IMG/VR virus record: IMGVR_UViG_3300031647_000750
Location: 128,025 to 192,024 of that record
Reading direction: 5' to 3' (one strand)
Length of the DNA: 64,000 bases
From: a virus
Lineage: Duplodnaviria; Heunggongvirae; Uroviricota; Caudoviricetes
The position numbers and the translations under genes are program-made. Shown here piece by piece: positions 8,949 through 16,974 of this stretch. Each line of letters starts with the position of its first letter. Within the stretch, counting starts at the first letter, position 1. Under the pieces are notes generated by a model, which saw nothing but the letters and a program-made list of their open reading frames with translations, ran no database searches and had not been told where the DNA came from.

Positions 8949-10382
8949 ATGACAGAAAAGAAATTACCATCAGATACGTTTTGTATTCTACCTTGGATAC
9001 ATTTGAGTACTCGCCCAGACGGCAGTATGAGAGTATGTTGTACAGCAAATGCAAGTAGTGTTGGTGCAACAAATGATAAAGTTCACGGTGGGCGAGTTGG
9101 CATTGTTAAGACAGATGATGGTAAGCCTGCAAACCTAAACAACAGTGACTTGTCTAGTGCATGGAACAATAGTTACATGCGTGGTGTACGTCAACAAATG
9201 CTTGCAGGAGAAAAGCCTGCTAGTTGTTTGAAATGTTACAAAGAAGAAGATGCAGGACATCGATCTAAGCGACAGTGGGAAACCCAGTACTGGATGCGTG
9301 ATGGAATTGATGTTGATGAACTTGTTAAAGAAACATATGAAGACGGTTCAACTGATTCAAAACTACGATACATTGATATCCGTATGGGTACTAAATGCCA
9401 ACTTGGTTGCGTTATGTGTAGTCCACACGATTCATCAGGATGGGTAAAAGATTGGAATAAGTTGTATCCACAGATTACCAATGAGTCACTAAAAGAAACA
9501 ATGTCTTGGGATGATAAAGGCAAGCAGTTTGGTGCTAATTATAACTGGCATAAAAACAACCCACAGTTTTGGGAACAATTTTATGCTCAAATTCCATTCA
9601 TGCGTCAACTATACTTTGCAGGCGGCGAATCGACGGTTATCGAAGAGCATTATGAAATCCTAGATAAAGTTATTGAAATGGGTTATGCATCTCAGATTGA
9701 GTTGCGTTACAACAGTAATGGCATTGAATTGCCTGATCGTCTACTAGAGCAATGGAAGCATTTCCAAAAGGTACGTTTCCATTATAGTATTGACAGTATT
9801 GGTGAAATGAATGATTATATTCGTTACCCAAGTGAATGGTCACATCAACTTGCAATGTTTGAGCGTCTTGATACACAGACTTCTAACAACGTAGAGATTA
9901 CAATCGCGTGTGCAGTTAACGCACTAAACATTCACTACATTCCAGACTTCCTTAAATGGAAACTGCAATCAGACTTGAAGAAGACAAACATGTGGCCCTT
10001 TGGCGCTGGTGGCATTAACTATCACTTTGTATACTGGCCAGGACATTTGAATGTCAAGGTATTGCCAGATGAGTTCTTAGACAAAACCGAAGCGAAGTAT
10101 GAAGAGTTCATTGCATGGTGGAAAGAGAATTGGGAACTAGGTGTTCCAAGTTGGCACAAGGGTAAAGTAGATTATCAGAAATGGGAAGATGCTGAATATG
10201 GCATCAAGCGTTTACGTGGTATGATTAGTTTTGCTCGTAGTGAAGATTGGAGTCAGCGATTACCAGAGTTTAGAGAATACATTAACAAACTAGACGAGAT
10301 GCGCGGCACCGATTTCAGAAAAACATTTGCAGACATGGCTTACTTATTAGACGAGCCTACAGAGGACAATGATAGTGACTGA
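8949..10382 (+). CDS. Radical SAM enzyme, long form (paralog A), with an N-terminal RxCC motif and a central CxxxCxxC motif
   Basis: KCQLGCVMC is a C-x3-C-x2-C motif; FAGGESTV is a GGE motif; the N-terminal LPWIH..DGSMRVCC is shared with paralog B. Confidence 0.7.
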   Translation: MTEKKLPSDTFCILPWIHLSTRPDGSMRVCCTANASSVGATNDKVHGGRVGIVKTDDGKPANLNNSDLSSAWNNSYMRGVRQQMLAGEKPASCLKCYKEEDAGHRSKRQWETQYWMRDGIDVDELVKETYEDGSTDSKLRYIDIRMGTKCQLGCVMCSPHDSSGWVKDWNKLYPQITNESLKETMSWDDKGKQFGANYNWHKNNPQFWEQFYAQIPFMRQLYFAGGESTVIEEHYEILDKVIEMGYASQIELRYNSNGIELPDRLLEQWKHFQKVRFHYSIDSIGEMNDYIRYPSEWSHQLAMFERLDTQTSNNVEITIACAVNALNIHYIPDFLKWKLQSDLKKTNMWPFGAGGINYHFVYWPGHLNVKVLPDEFLDKTEAKYEEFIAWWKENWELGVPSWHKGKVDYQKWEDAEYGIKRLRGMISFARSEDWSQRLPEFREYINKLDEMRGTDFRKTFADMAYLLDEPTEDNDSD

Positions 10383-10923
10383 TGTAATACCAGTATTAAT
10401 TGCGTTAGAAGTGGAATTGCCCTATGAATTACCGACACCATATGTTAAAATAGTAACAGGTGTCGGTAAGATCAAAGCGACAATGGCAGCAATGGAAGCA
10501 GTATTTAAGTACAATCCTCATACCATTATCAATATGGGTACTGCGGGCAGTTTAGATCCTGATTTAGCACTAGGTGTACATGAAGTTAGTACCGTAGGTC
10601 AACGAGATATGGATGCATCGCCTTTAGGTTGGAAAGTAGGACAGACTCCGTTCACTGGTGAATTATGGATAGATCTAAAACTTAGTGGTGTTTCATTGAC
10701 TAGTGGTGATAACTTTGTCACAAGTCAGCCACCATTGAGTAGTACACTGGTTGATATGGAAGCATATGGTATTGCAATGGTATGCAAAAAGTATAAAGTT
10801 ATCTTTGATTGCTATAAGTACGTATCAGACTTTGCAGATGAAGATTCAACTACAGACTGGGAACAGAATTGCTCCGATGGTGCAAATGAATTCATGAAAA
10901 TATTATCAAATCGTAGCGAGTAA
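10369..10923 (+). CDS. 5'-methylthioadenosine/S-adenosylhomocysteine/5'-deoxyadenosine nucleosidase (Pfs/MtnN, PNP_UDP_1 family)
   Basis: TGVGKIKATMAAMEAV...INMGTAGSL and MEAYGIAMVCKKY align with Pfs GIGKVNAA..INTGSAGGL and EMEAAAIAQV. Confidence 0.6.
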   Translation: MIVTDVIPVLIALEVELPYELPTPYVKIVTGVGKIKATMAAMEAVFKYNPHTIINMGTAGSLDPDLALGVHEVSTVGQRDMDASPLGWKVGQTPFTGELWIDLKLSGVSLTSGDNFVTSQPPLSSTLVDMEAYGIAMVCKKYKVIFDCYKYVSDFADEDSTTDWEQNCSDGANEFMKILSNRSE

Positions 10924-10926
10924 ATA

Positions 10927-12492
10927 ATGTTAGATGTTGTCATGTTGGCGTATGGTGAACCAAACGCTGATCAAAATTTCAAAAGAATACAGAAATTAGC
11001 ACCCAATGCGAAGAGGGTAGATAATGTCGTCGGGATTTTAGAGGCACATCAAGCAGCAGCAAAATTGGCAACTACTGATAATTTTTATGTAGTAGATGCT
11101 GACGCGGTGTTATCTGAGCATTTTAATTTCTCATTCACACCTGATATCATTAAAGAATCGTATCCGGGTGTGAATGAATCAAGTTGTGTATTCGTATGGC
11201 AGAGTGTTAATGCAGTCAATGGATTGATTTATGGTTATGGTGGAGTAAAGTTATTCCCTAGACATAAGTTATTGAATGCGAAATCATTTCAGATAGATAT
11301 GACCACAACAATAGATGCACCATTAGTAGTGAAGCAACAAATATCTAATATAACCGAATTCAATACAGATGAATTCAGTACATGGCGCAGTGCATTCCGT
11401 GAGTGTACAAAACTAGCATCTAACCCCACTCCAGATATGGATGATCGATACAGATTAGATGTATGGTGTACTCGTGGAGATAGCAGTGCCCATGGAAAAT
11501 ATGCTATAATGGGTGCTAGACAAGGACGAGAGTTCGGTGCATTTTACAAAAATGATAAGAAAACTCTAGATAAAATAAACGATTTCACTTGGTTAACCAC
11601 TACATTTGACAAGTCATCAGTGCATACAATAGATCAGCATCACCCAATTCATTTATCATGGTTTCATGGACTAGAAGAATATTTTACATTGTCATCCGTA
11701 GAATCATACTATGCAGTATTTATTAAACTAAAGAATGCACTGGTATACGGTGATAACTGGGGCATTCGCGATCTTATTTTAGAAGAAGTAAATATAGGTA
11801 AGAATGAAGACACTGAACTTTATGTTAATGTAATACTTCAATCATTATTAATAGATGATTATGTAATACCAGATCATCAAGTATTGGAATATATTAATCG
11901 CAATATTAATGATAATTTTATATATGGATTGATGAAATTGTCTGACCCATCGCATGGTAATATTGATCTAGTAGATTTTATCACACGTGATTCGATGATA
12001 GGCAAGTCTTGGATGATTGAAGAATTAAGTAAGACAACGTTGGAACCATCTGATGTTGTAATATTGGGTGGTAACATATGCACCCATTCATCTATGTTAA
12101 TTAATAATTATGAAACAATTGAATCTATACTTAGTGTGGATATAGATCATAAGACAACAGAGTATGCTCGTTTGTTAAATCATATAGCAGAATCTGACGA
12201 ATTATTCAGTGCACAAACCAATGATGTATCTGATATAATATGGGATGAATCATCTCTGCCTGATTTATTGATAAACACTAGTTGCGCACATATGGATGAT
12301 ACATGGTTTGACAATATACCAGATACTGATGATACTTTGATAGTAATACAGACAAATGATTTTTCAGATAATATGAACTGCGTTAAAGATCTGTCTACCG
12401 CCATGACTAAATACCAAATGAAAGAAGTATTATTTAGTGGTGAACAAAGCACACAGTTATATAATAGATTTATGATTATAGGAATCAAGTAA
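10927..12492 (+). CDS. Two-domain protein: N-terminal GT-A (family 2-like) glycosyltransferase-like domain fused to a conserved C-terminal Rossmann-like (methyltransferase-like) domain
   Basis: N-terminal VVMLAYGEP...VVDADA (DxD). The C-terminal 150 aa are paralogous to the C-terminus of ORF 33512 (VILGGNICTHS / NTSCAHMDD / RFMIIGIK). Confidence 0.5.
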   Translation: MLDVVMLAYGEPNADQNFKRIQKLAPNAKRVDNVVGILEAHQAAAKLATTDNFYVVDADAVLSEHFNFSFTPDIIKESYPGVNESSCVFVWQSVNAVNGLIYGYGGVKLFPRHKLLNAKSFQIDMTTTIDAPLVVKQQISNITEFNTDEFSTWRSAFRECTKLASNPTPDMDDRYRLDVWCTRGDSSAHGKYAIMGARQGREFGAFYKNDKKTLDKINDFTWLTTTFDKSSVHTIDQHHPIHLSWFHGLEEYFTLSSVESYYAVFIKLKNALVYGDNWGIRDLILEEVNIGKNEDTELYVNVILQSLLIDDYVIPDHQVLEYINRNINDNFIYGLMKLSDPSHGNIDLVDFITRDSMIGKSWMIEELSKTTLEPSDVVILGGNICTHSSMLINNYETIESILSVDIDHKTTEYARLLNHIAESDELFSAQTNDVSDIIWDESSLPDLLINTSCAHMDDTWFDNIPDTDDTLIVIQTNDFSDNMNCVKDLSTAMTKYQMKEVLFSGEQSTQLYNRFMIIGIK

Positions 12493-13805
12493 TGAACGAT
12501 GACGATATAAAGAACAATGACACAGATAATGGGTTTTGCGCACTGCCATTTGTACAATATAGTACATTCAATGGGGGTCGTTATCGATTATGTTGTATGG
12601 CAAAGGAACCTAGTGAACTTATTAATCAAGAAGAACTAGGCATAGATGGAACATGGAATCATGATTACATTCGTAGTGTTCGTGAGCGTATGGCTACGGG
12701 CGAATGGCTACCAGAGTGTATAGAATGTAAAAGATTAGAACGTAACGATATTATAAGTTCTCGTCAATGGGAAAACTATTCATGGAAAGATCAGGTTCCA
12801 GATATTGTAGCATTGGCAAGTGCAAATGATTGGAATATAGAACAGCCTCTACAATTTGATTTTAGATTAGGTAATTTGTGTAATCTACAATGTCAGATGT
12901 GTAACAAAGAAGCATCGCATTTAGTAAGTGTTGAGCGTGCCAATATGATTGCAACAGATTTGGGTCCCAAATCTCCTAACTTAGATAGATATGATTGGGA
13001 CAATAATATTGCTAATAAAAAGAAAGCGATAATTCAGCCTGGCATCGATTGGGATAGTTTTGATAAGATGCTGCCATATGCACAGACGATTAAAATGATT
13101 GGCGGCGAACCAACTGTTGTATCTGATATGTTCAAGTTGCTAGACAGAGCAACTGAATCCGGATACGCAAAAAATATTACATTATCGTTCTACACGAACA
13201 TCACCAATATGCAAGATAGATGGTTGAAGCAATTTAGTCAGTTTAAGCAAGTTGTTGTAAATTGCTCATTAGAGGGCATGGGTGATATGAATGATTATTT
13301 ACGTCCGCCATCGCAGTGGGATTCAGTATGGGAAAATTTTGATAAGTTAGTAAAGTATTCAAATACATCAGAAGGAAAGAACATTCGTGTACGTGTCACT
13401 ACGGTGAATCAAGTAACAAACGCGTTGCATTTGGTTCCATTCTGGAGATTTATGCACGATTATCAACAGACTAATGACCGTACCATCGGCATGAGTACGA
13501 ATCAATTGGTAGAACCTGAATATTACTCAATGGCGCATAGTCCCCAATGGTTGCGTGATGAACAGAAATCACAGATACTAGAATTTTTAGAAGAGATAAA
13601 AGATAGTCCTCATTATGAAGATTATTCACGTCCGTTAATGGAAGCATTGCATTTTGGCGAAGATCCAGAAACCAAGTATGATCGTGGATTTATGAGGGAT
13701 TATGTTCAAGTAACAGAAAACTATGATAAGCATCGCGGACATGATGTGATGTCAGTAGCACCTGAATTTAGCCGAATTAAATCAGATTTAGAACTTGACA
13801 AGTAA
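12492..13805 (+). CDS. Radical SAM enzyme, long form (paralog B)
   Basis: LGNLCNLQCQMC is a C-x3-C-x2-C motif; MIGGEPTV is present; the N-terminal LPFVQY..GGRYRLCC is shared with paralog A. Confidence 0.7.
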   Translation: MNDDDIKNNDTDNGFCALPFVQYSTFNGGRYRLCCMAKEPSELINQEELGIDGTWNHDYIRSVRERMATGEWLPECIECKRLERNDIISSRQWENYSWKDQVPDIVALASANDWNIEQPLQFDFRLGNLCNLQCQMCNKEASHLVSVERANMIATDLGPKSPNLDRYDWDNNIANKKKAIIQPGIDWDSFDKMLPYAQTIKMIGGEPTVVSDMFKLLDRATESGYAKNITLSFYTNITNMQDRWLKQFSQFKQVVVNCSLEGMGDMNDYLRPPSQWDSVWENFDKLVKYSNTSEGKNIRVRVTTVNQVTNALHLVPFWRFMHDYQQTNDRTIGMSTNQLVEPEYYSMAHSPQWLRDEQKSQILEFLEEIKDSPHYEDYSRPLMEALHFGEDPETKYDRGFMRDYVQVTENYDKHRGHDVMSVAPEFSRIKSDLELDK

Positions 13806-13813
13806 GGAAATAA

Positions 13814-14482
13814 ATGACATCAACTAATATGGAATATTTAACTGAGATAGATTTTGCATTAACCACATATTGTCAAGCACGATGTAGAAGTTGTGCTAGA
13901 ACGAATCAACATACTGGTGAAAAAGAAGATTGGTTAGAACTCAAGCATATGAATCTAGATGTGTTTAAACGAACTCTTGCAGCATCTACTAATATAAAGT
14001 ATAATCTAATTGAGTTTTGTGGCGAGTTGGGCGATCCCATGATGCATCCACAAGTTGACAAATTTATAGAAACTGCATTAGAATATGCACCATCAATATT
14101 AATATCAACAAATGGTGCGCTTAGAAATGCAAACTGGTATAAGACGATAGCAGAAAAATACACAGACGATGTCTTTATAAATTGGGCAATTGATGGAGCA
14201 ACACATGACACCAATTGGAAGTATAGAGAAGGTGTTGATTTTAATAAAGCTTTTGAAAATATGAAAACTCACACTCAATCAGGTGGGGATGGTGAATGGC
14301 GATATTTAATATTTGAGTGGAATTGGCATGAAATACCGCTAGCACGTCAAATGGCAAAAGAGATTGGAATTAAAATTATTTTTTGCTTCAATAATAGAGA
14401 TTTTGGATTAATAACACCAGATTCTAGATTGGATGCAGAAAAATTATTAATAGGAGTGAGTCCAGATGACATCAAAGGGTAA
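13814..14482 (+). CDS. Radical SAM enzyme, short form (paralog C), N-terminal catalytic part only
   Basis: TTYCQARCRSC is a C-x3-C-x2-C motif and EFCGELGDPMMHP is present. The product ends where paralogs D and E continue into a (W/Y)PCC domain. Confidence 0.6.
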   Translation: MTSTNMEYLTEIDFALTTYCQARCRSCARTNQHTGEKEDWLELKHMNLDVFKRTLAASTNIKYNLIEFCGELGDPMMHPQVDKFIETALEYAPSILISTNGALRNANWYKTIAEKYTDDVFINWAIDGATHDTNWKYREGVDFNKAFENMKTHTQSGGDGEWRYLIFEWNWHEIPLARQMAKEIGIKIIFCFNNRDFGLITPDSRLDAEKLLIGVSPDDIKG

Positions 14483-14876
14483 ATATAATATTGAATGTCA
14501 ATCATTCGAAGCTCTAAATGAATTTACTAACCTCCCTGTAAGAAAATGGGAAGTAACACCAGAAGGAAGAGTGTGGCCATGTTGTTATTTTGCAAATGCA
14601 TGGGATAGACGACATATGATGAGGGCAGATGAATTGGGTCCCGATGAAGATTCTAGTGAAGAAGATTTTCATAATGTAAATGGTGAATCAGCAGAATTAT
14701 TGAATGATGCTAGAATGATGACTATAATAAATGAAGATCCTGATTGGAATAGTTTAGAACATCACTCTATAGAAGAAATCATAGCGCACGAAGTATTCCA
14801 CAGTTACATCTGGACTGAAGGATGGAATAGCGATAATCCTGCGATATTGTGTGTTAATAATTGTAATAAGTGTTGA
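14466..14876 (+). CDS. C-terminal WPCC-motif domain homologous to the C-termini of radical SAM paralogs D and E, encoded as a separate ORF overlapping 13814..14482 by 17 nt
   Basis: TPEGRVWPCCYFANAWD aligns with DGKVYPCCMFYA (22211) and WGTVWPCCHISNHA (37417). Confidence 0.5.
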   Translation: MTSKGKYNIECQSFEALNEFTNLPVRKWEVTPEGRVWPCCYFANAWDRRHMMRADELGPDEDSSEEDFHNVNGESAELLNDARMMTIINEDPDWNSLEHHSIEEIIAHEVFHSYIWTEGWNSDNPAILCVNNCNKC

Positions 14877-14936
14877 CAAGTAAGCCGTATTGTTGTATAA
14901 TAGTTATATAAGTTAATAAAGCGCAAGGAAATGAAT
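14873..14936 (+). promoter_or_regulatory. Conserved promoter plus leader cassette (TTGACAAGTAAG-N-TATAAT-AGTTATATAAGTTAAT-AAAG-AAGGAA)
   Basis: One of at least 6 near-identical cassettes. Others are at 32614, 33280, 51083, 51671 and 59293. Confidence 0.6.
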
Positions 14937-15077
14937 ATGTTAAATTTTTTAGAGACTACTGTTTTGCCAATGACACGTGTTATTGAAGCGAGCGGCTATT
15001 TTGAAATATTGTTATTATGTTTATTGCCAATCATGCTGATTGGTAGTGCGGTATTATTTAAGAAAGGTGAATTATAA
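14937..15077 (+). CDS. Small hydrophobic protein (46 aa)
   Basis: ATG follows the AAGGAA RBS of the conserved leader; one predicted TM segment. Confidence 0.4.
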   Translation: MLNFLETTVLPMTRVIEASGYFEILLLCLLPIMLIGSAVLFKKGEL

Positions 15078-15247
15078 TGGCTAGATTTAGTGAGTTTAAG
15101 CATTGGGTACAATCCATGTGGTATGATCATAAGCGCGAAAAGATTGAGTGGGAAGGTAGTCCACCAGATTACGGTTTTCGTACGTGGGTTAACATGAACA
15201 AATGGTTCATCAAGCGTATGTGGAAAGCACGTAACGAAGAATCATAA
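15077..15247 (+). CDS. Small Trp-rich protein (56 aa)
   Basis: TAATG coupling to the upstream small ORF. Confidence 0.35.
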   Translation: MARFSEFKHWVQSMWYDHKREKIEWEGSPPDYGFRTWVNMNKWFIKRMWKARNEES

Positions 15248-15297
15248 GTTTATATTAGACAGAACTGTAACGTATATCTGACCTTGTTCTAGACAAA

Positions 15298-15421
15298 AGG
15301 GTTTGGGTTGTAGCGCAGTCTGGGAGAAGCGTCTATCCTCGGTGATGTAGCATTAGATTAATTACCTAATACCCTGCATTACATAGATAGAAGGTCGTGG
15401 GTTCGAATCCCTCCAACTCCG
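15298..15421 (+). ncRNA. tRNA-like element with D-arm-like TAGCGCAGTCTGGGAG and T-loop GGTTCGAATCC but ~50 nt of extra internal sequence; the structure is unresolved
   Basis: tRNA-like motifs present; could not be folded into a canonical cloverleaf by hand. Confidence 0.25.
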
Positions 15422-15472
15422 TTAGAGTTTTGTCTAATATAAATATAGTTTAACTAAGCGTAGGGAAAAGTA

Positions 15473-15676
15473 ATGATTGTAGCACTAGCACTAATTGGGG
15501 CATTGTTCACAGTAGACCATGCAGAGTTTTTAAATCAGGTAGAGAAGAATAAAGCAGATGGTATGTCGTGGCATTACATTGGGTCAACTGCACCAAATGC
15601 AAATGATCCGTACATTGCTGCAATTAACAAAGAAACGGGTGAAGAAACTGTTTACTTTAAGATGTTACAGGACTAA
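15473..15676 (+). CDS. Small membrane protein embedded in the tRNA cluster
   Basis: ORF with RBS gggaaaag; hydrophobic N-terminus. Confidence 0.45.
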   Translation: MIVALALIGALFTVDHAEFLNQVEKNKADGMSWHYIGSTAPNANDPYIAAINKETGEETVYFKMLQD

Positions 15677-15707
15677 ATGTAACTAAGTATTTAATTGAAA
15701 ATAAGTG

Positions 15708-15736
15708 TTGACAAGAACGAAATAGTCTGTTACACT
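15708..15736 (+). promoter_or_regulatory. Promoter ATAAGTGTTGACAAG-17-TACACT (tandem copy 1)
   Basis: Extended -35 motif AAGTGTTGACA is repeated at 15822, 18138, 14868, 24966 and 38475. Confidence 0.55.
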
Positions 15737-15821
15737 TATTACATAGGTTTGAGAAGCGTAACTAAGCATTTTGAACCGAAAAAGATAAATAGAATCATAA
15801 GAAATAAAGTTAAAATAAGTG

Positions 15822-15850
15822 TTGACAAGATAGAAATAGTCTGTTATACT
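15822..15850 (+). promoter_or_regulatory. Promoter ATAAGTGTTGACAAG-17-TATACT (tandem copy 2)
   Basis: Near-identical 45-bp repeat of the 15701-15745 segment. Confidence 0.55.
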
Positions 15851-16039
15851 TATAACATAAACAGTTAAAGATAACTGTAATAAACAAGAGAACGAAACGA
15901 TGTTAAACACATTCTGTAATTTACATAGTAAACTAGATAGTCAACGCTGGTATCAGCCGGAGATTATGAATGTGCCCGCGAGTTTCTTAGACGAGGATGA
16001 TGGATTATATTAAGCCATTAAATCCAATAAATTTCTAAG

Positions 16040-16074
16040 AAACCCGCCAAGCGAAAGCAAAGCGGGTTTTTTTA
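16040..16074 (+). terminator. Rho-independent terminator
   Basis: AAACCCGC-loop-GCGGGTTT stem followed by TTTTT. Confidence 0.7.
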
Positions 16075-16238
16075 TGACAGTGTAAAAGTAGAAGCGGAAC
16101 GAGGTCGCTGAGATTACACTTTAAATAATATCTCTAAAATGGCGTGTTGTAGGATTGAAAGTTCTAGTTAGAATGAGTAAAATTATGACAGTATATTTTT
16201 ATACTAAAAAGCATTCATAGAGTGTTTTTCAGTATAAT

Positions 16239-16312
16239 GCTCGGTTAGCTCAAAGGTAGAGCCATCGCTCGATAAGCGATAGACGAAGGATCGTTACCTT
16301 CACTGAGTACCA
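16239..16312 (+). tRNA. tRNA, anticodon GAT (Ile) with atypical C33 and atypical T-loop ATCGTTA
   Basis: Hand-folded cloverleaf: acceptor GCTCGGT/ACTGAGT with G-U pairs, D-stem GCTC/GAGC, anticodon stem ATCGC/GCGAT, encoded CCA. A -10 TATAAT lies immediately upstream. Confidence 0.45.
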
Positions 16313-16359
16313 TTTTAAAATTGGAGATTCACTGCCATAAGTGTGAACTATAAAATTAC

Positions 16360-16436
16360 GGATTGTTAGCATAGTGGCTTAATGCAGCACCTTCATACGG
16401 TGAAGATCAATGGTTCAAATCCATTACAATCCACCA
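16360..16436 (+). tRNA. tRNA-Met (CAT)
   Basis: Acceptor GGATTGT/ACAATCC, D-stem GCAT/ATGC, anticodon loop TTCATAC, T-arm AATGG-TTCAAAT-CCATT, CCA encoded. Confidence 0.7.
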
Positions 16437-16444
16437 CAAGTTTT

Positions 16445-16520
16445 ACAGGGTATAGCTGAGTTTGGTTTAGCACGGGCCTTGGATGCCTGAGACGAGGGTT
16501 CAAGTCCTTCTTCCCTGACC
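16445..16520 (+). tRNA. tRNA-Pro (TGG)
   Basis: Anticodon stem CGGGC/GCCTG with loop CTTGGAT; T-arm GAGGG-TTCAAGT-CCTTC; acceptor with one mismatch; CCA encoded; D-arm irregular. Confidence 0.5.
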
Positions 16521-16574
16521 ATTAGAGATAGTGTATATCTCGTGTCTTTTATTAGATATAAAAATACAATTTAA

Positions 16575-16648
16575 TACTCTTGCCAGTGGAACTGGCAGTT
16601 GGGTTTCGACCCCGACTTGCGAATGTTCGATTCATTCCAGGAGTGCCA
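16575..16648 (+). tRNA. tRNA, probable anticodon TCG (Arg)
   Basis: Acceptor ACTCTTG/CAGGAGT; T-arm GAATG-TTCGATT-CATTC; anticodon loop TTTCGAC; D region atypical. Confidence 0.4.
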
Positions 16649-16794
16649 AATTTACTATGCTGGCTGCCGTCTACGTTTCCGGAAACTGACGTTAAATATT
16701 GAGGTTCAACTCCTCGGATACATTAAGGAAGGCTTGGTGTATCGCGTTACAGGCAACGTAAGGGTTCGACTCCCAAATAGTAAACCGCTTTGAT

Positions 16795-16872
16795 GGTGAT
16801 CGTAGCATAACTGGCAAATGCCCAAGGTTGTGAACCTTGTAGATCCGGGATCATACCCCGGCGATCACACCA
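16795..16872 (+). tRNA. tRNA-His (GTG) with extra G at -1
   Basis: G-1 plus acceptor GTGATCG/CGATCAC; D-stem GCAT/ATGC; anticodon stem CAAGG/CCTTG with loop TTGTGAA; T-stem CCGGG/CCCGG with atypical loop ATCATAC; CCA encoded. Confidence 0.65.
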
Positions 16873-16882
16873 CTTATTTTAT

Positions 16883-16968
16883 GGAAGATGATCTAGTCTG
16901 GGACTAGGATGACTTGCTAAGTCAATCGGCTCGAAAGGGTTTGGGATCGTAACCTACTTCTTCCGCCA
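16883..16968 (+). tRNA. Class II tRNA, probable Ser (GCT)
   Basis: Acceptor GGAAGAT/TTCTTCC; D-stem CTAG/CTAG; anticodon loop TTGCTAA; 86-nt length with a long variable region; CCA encoded. Confidence 0.45.
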
Positions 16969-16974
16969 CTTTTA

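Noticed and set aside
15298-15421. tRNA with a ~49-nt intron: the TCTATC...GATAGA helix encloses extra sequence
   Set aside because: I could not obtain a consistent acceptor or T-stem, because GTGGG/CCCTC mismatches. It is kept only as a low-confidence tRNA-like element rather than an annotated intron-containing tRNA.
16599-16793. Track ORF of 64 aa
   Set aside because: It overlaps hand-folded tRNAs and tRNA-like elements. It has no RBS and is most likely a spurious ORF in structured RNA.
16650-16794. Additional tRNAs in the 145-bp gap between the Arg-like tRNA and tRNA-His (T-loop-like GAGGTTCAACTCCTC and GGGTTCGACTCCC present)
   Set aside because: The T-arm-like motifs are present, but no matching acceptor stems or anticodon arms could be paired by hand. 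tRNAscan-SE is needed.
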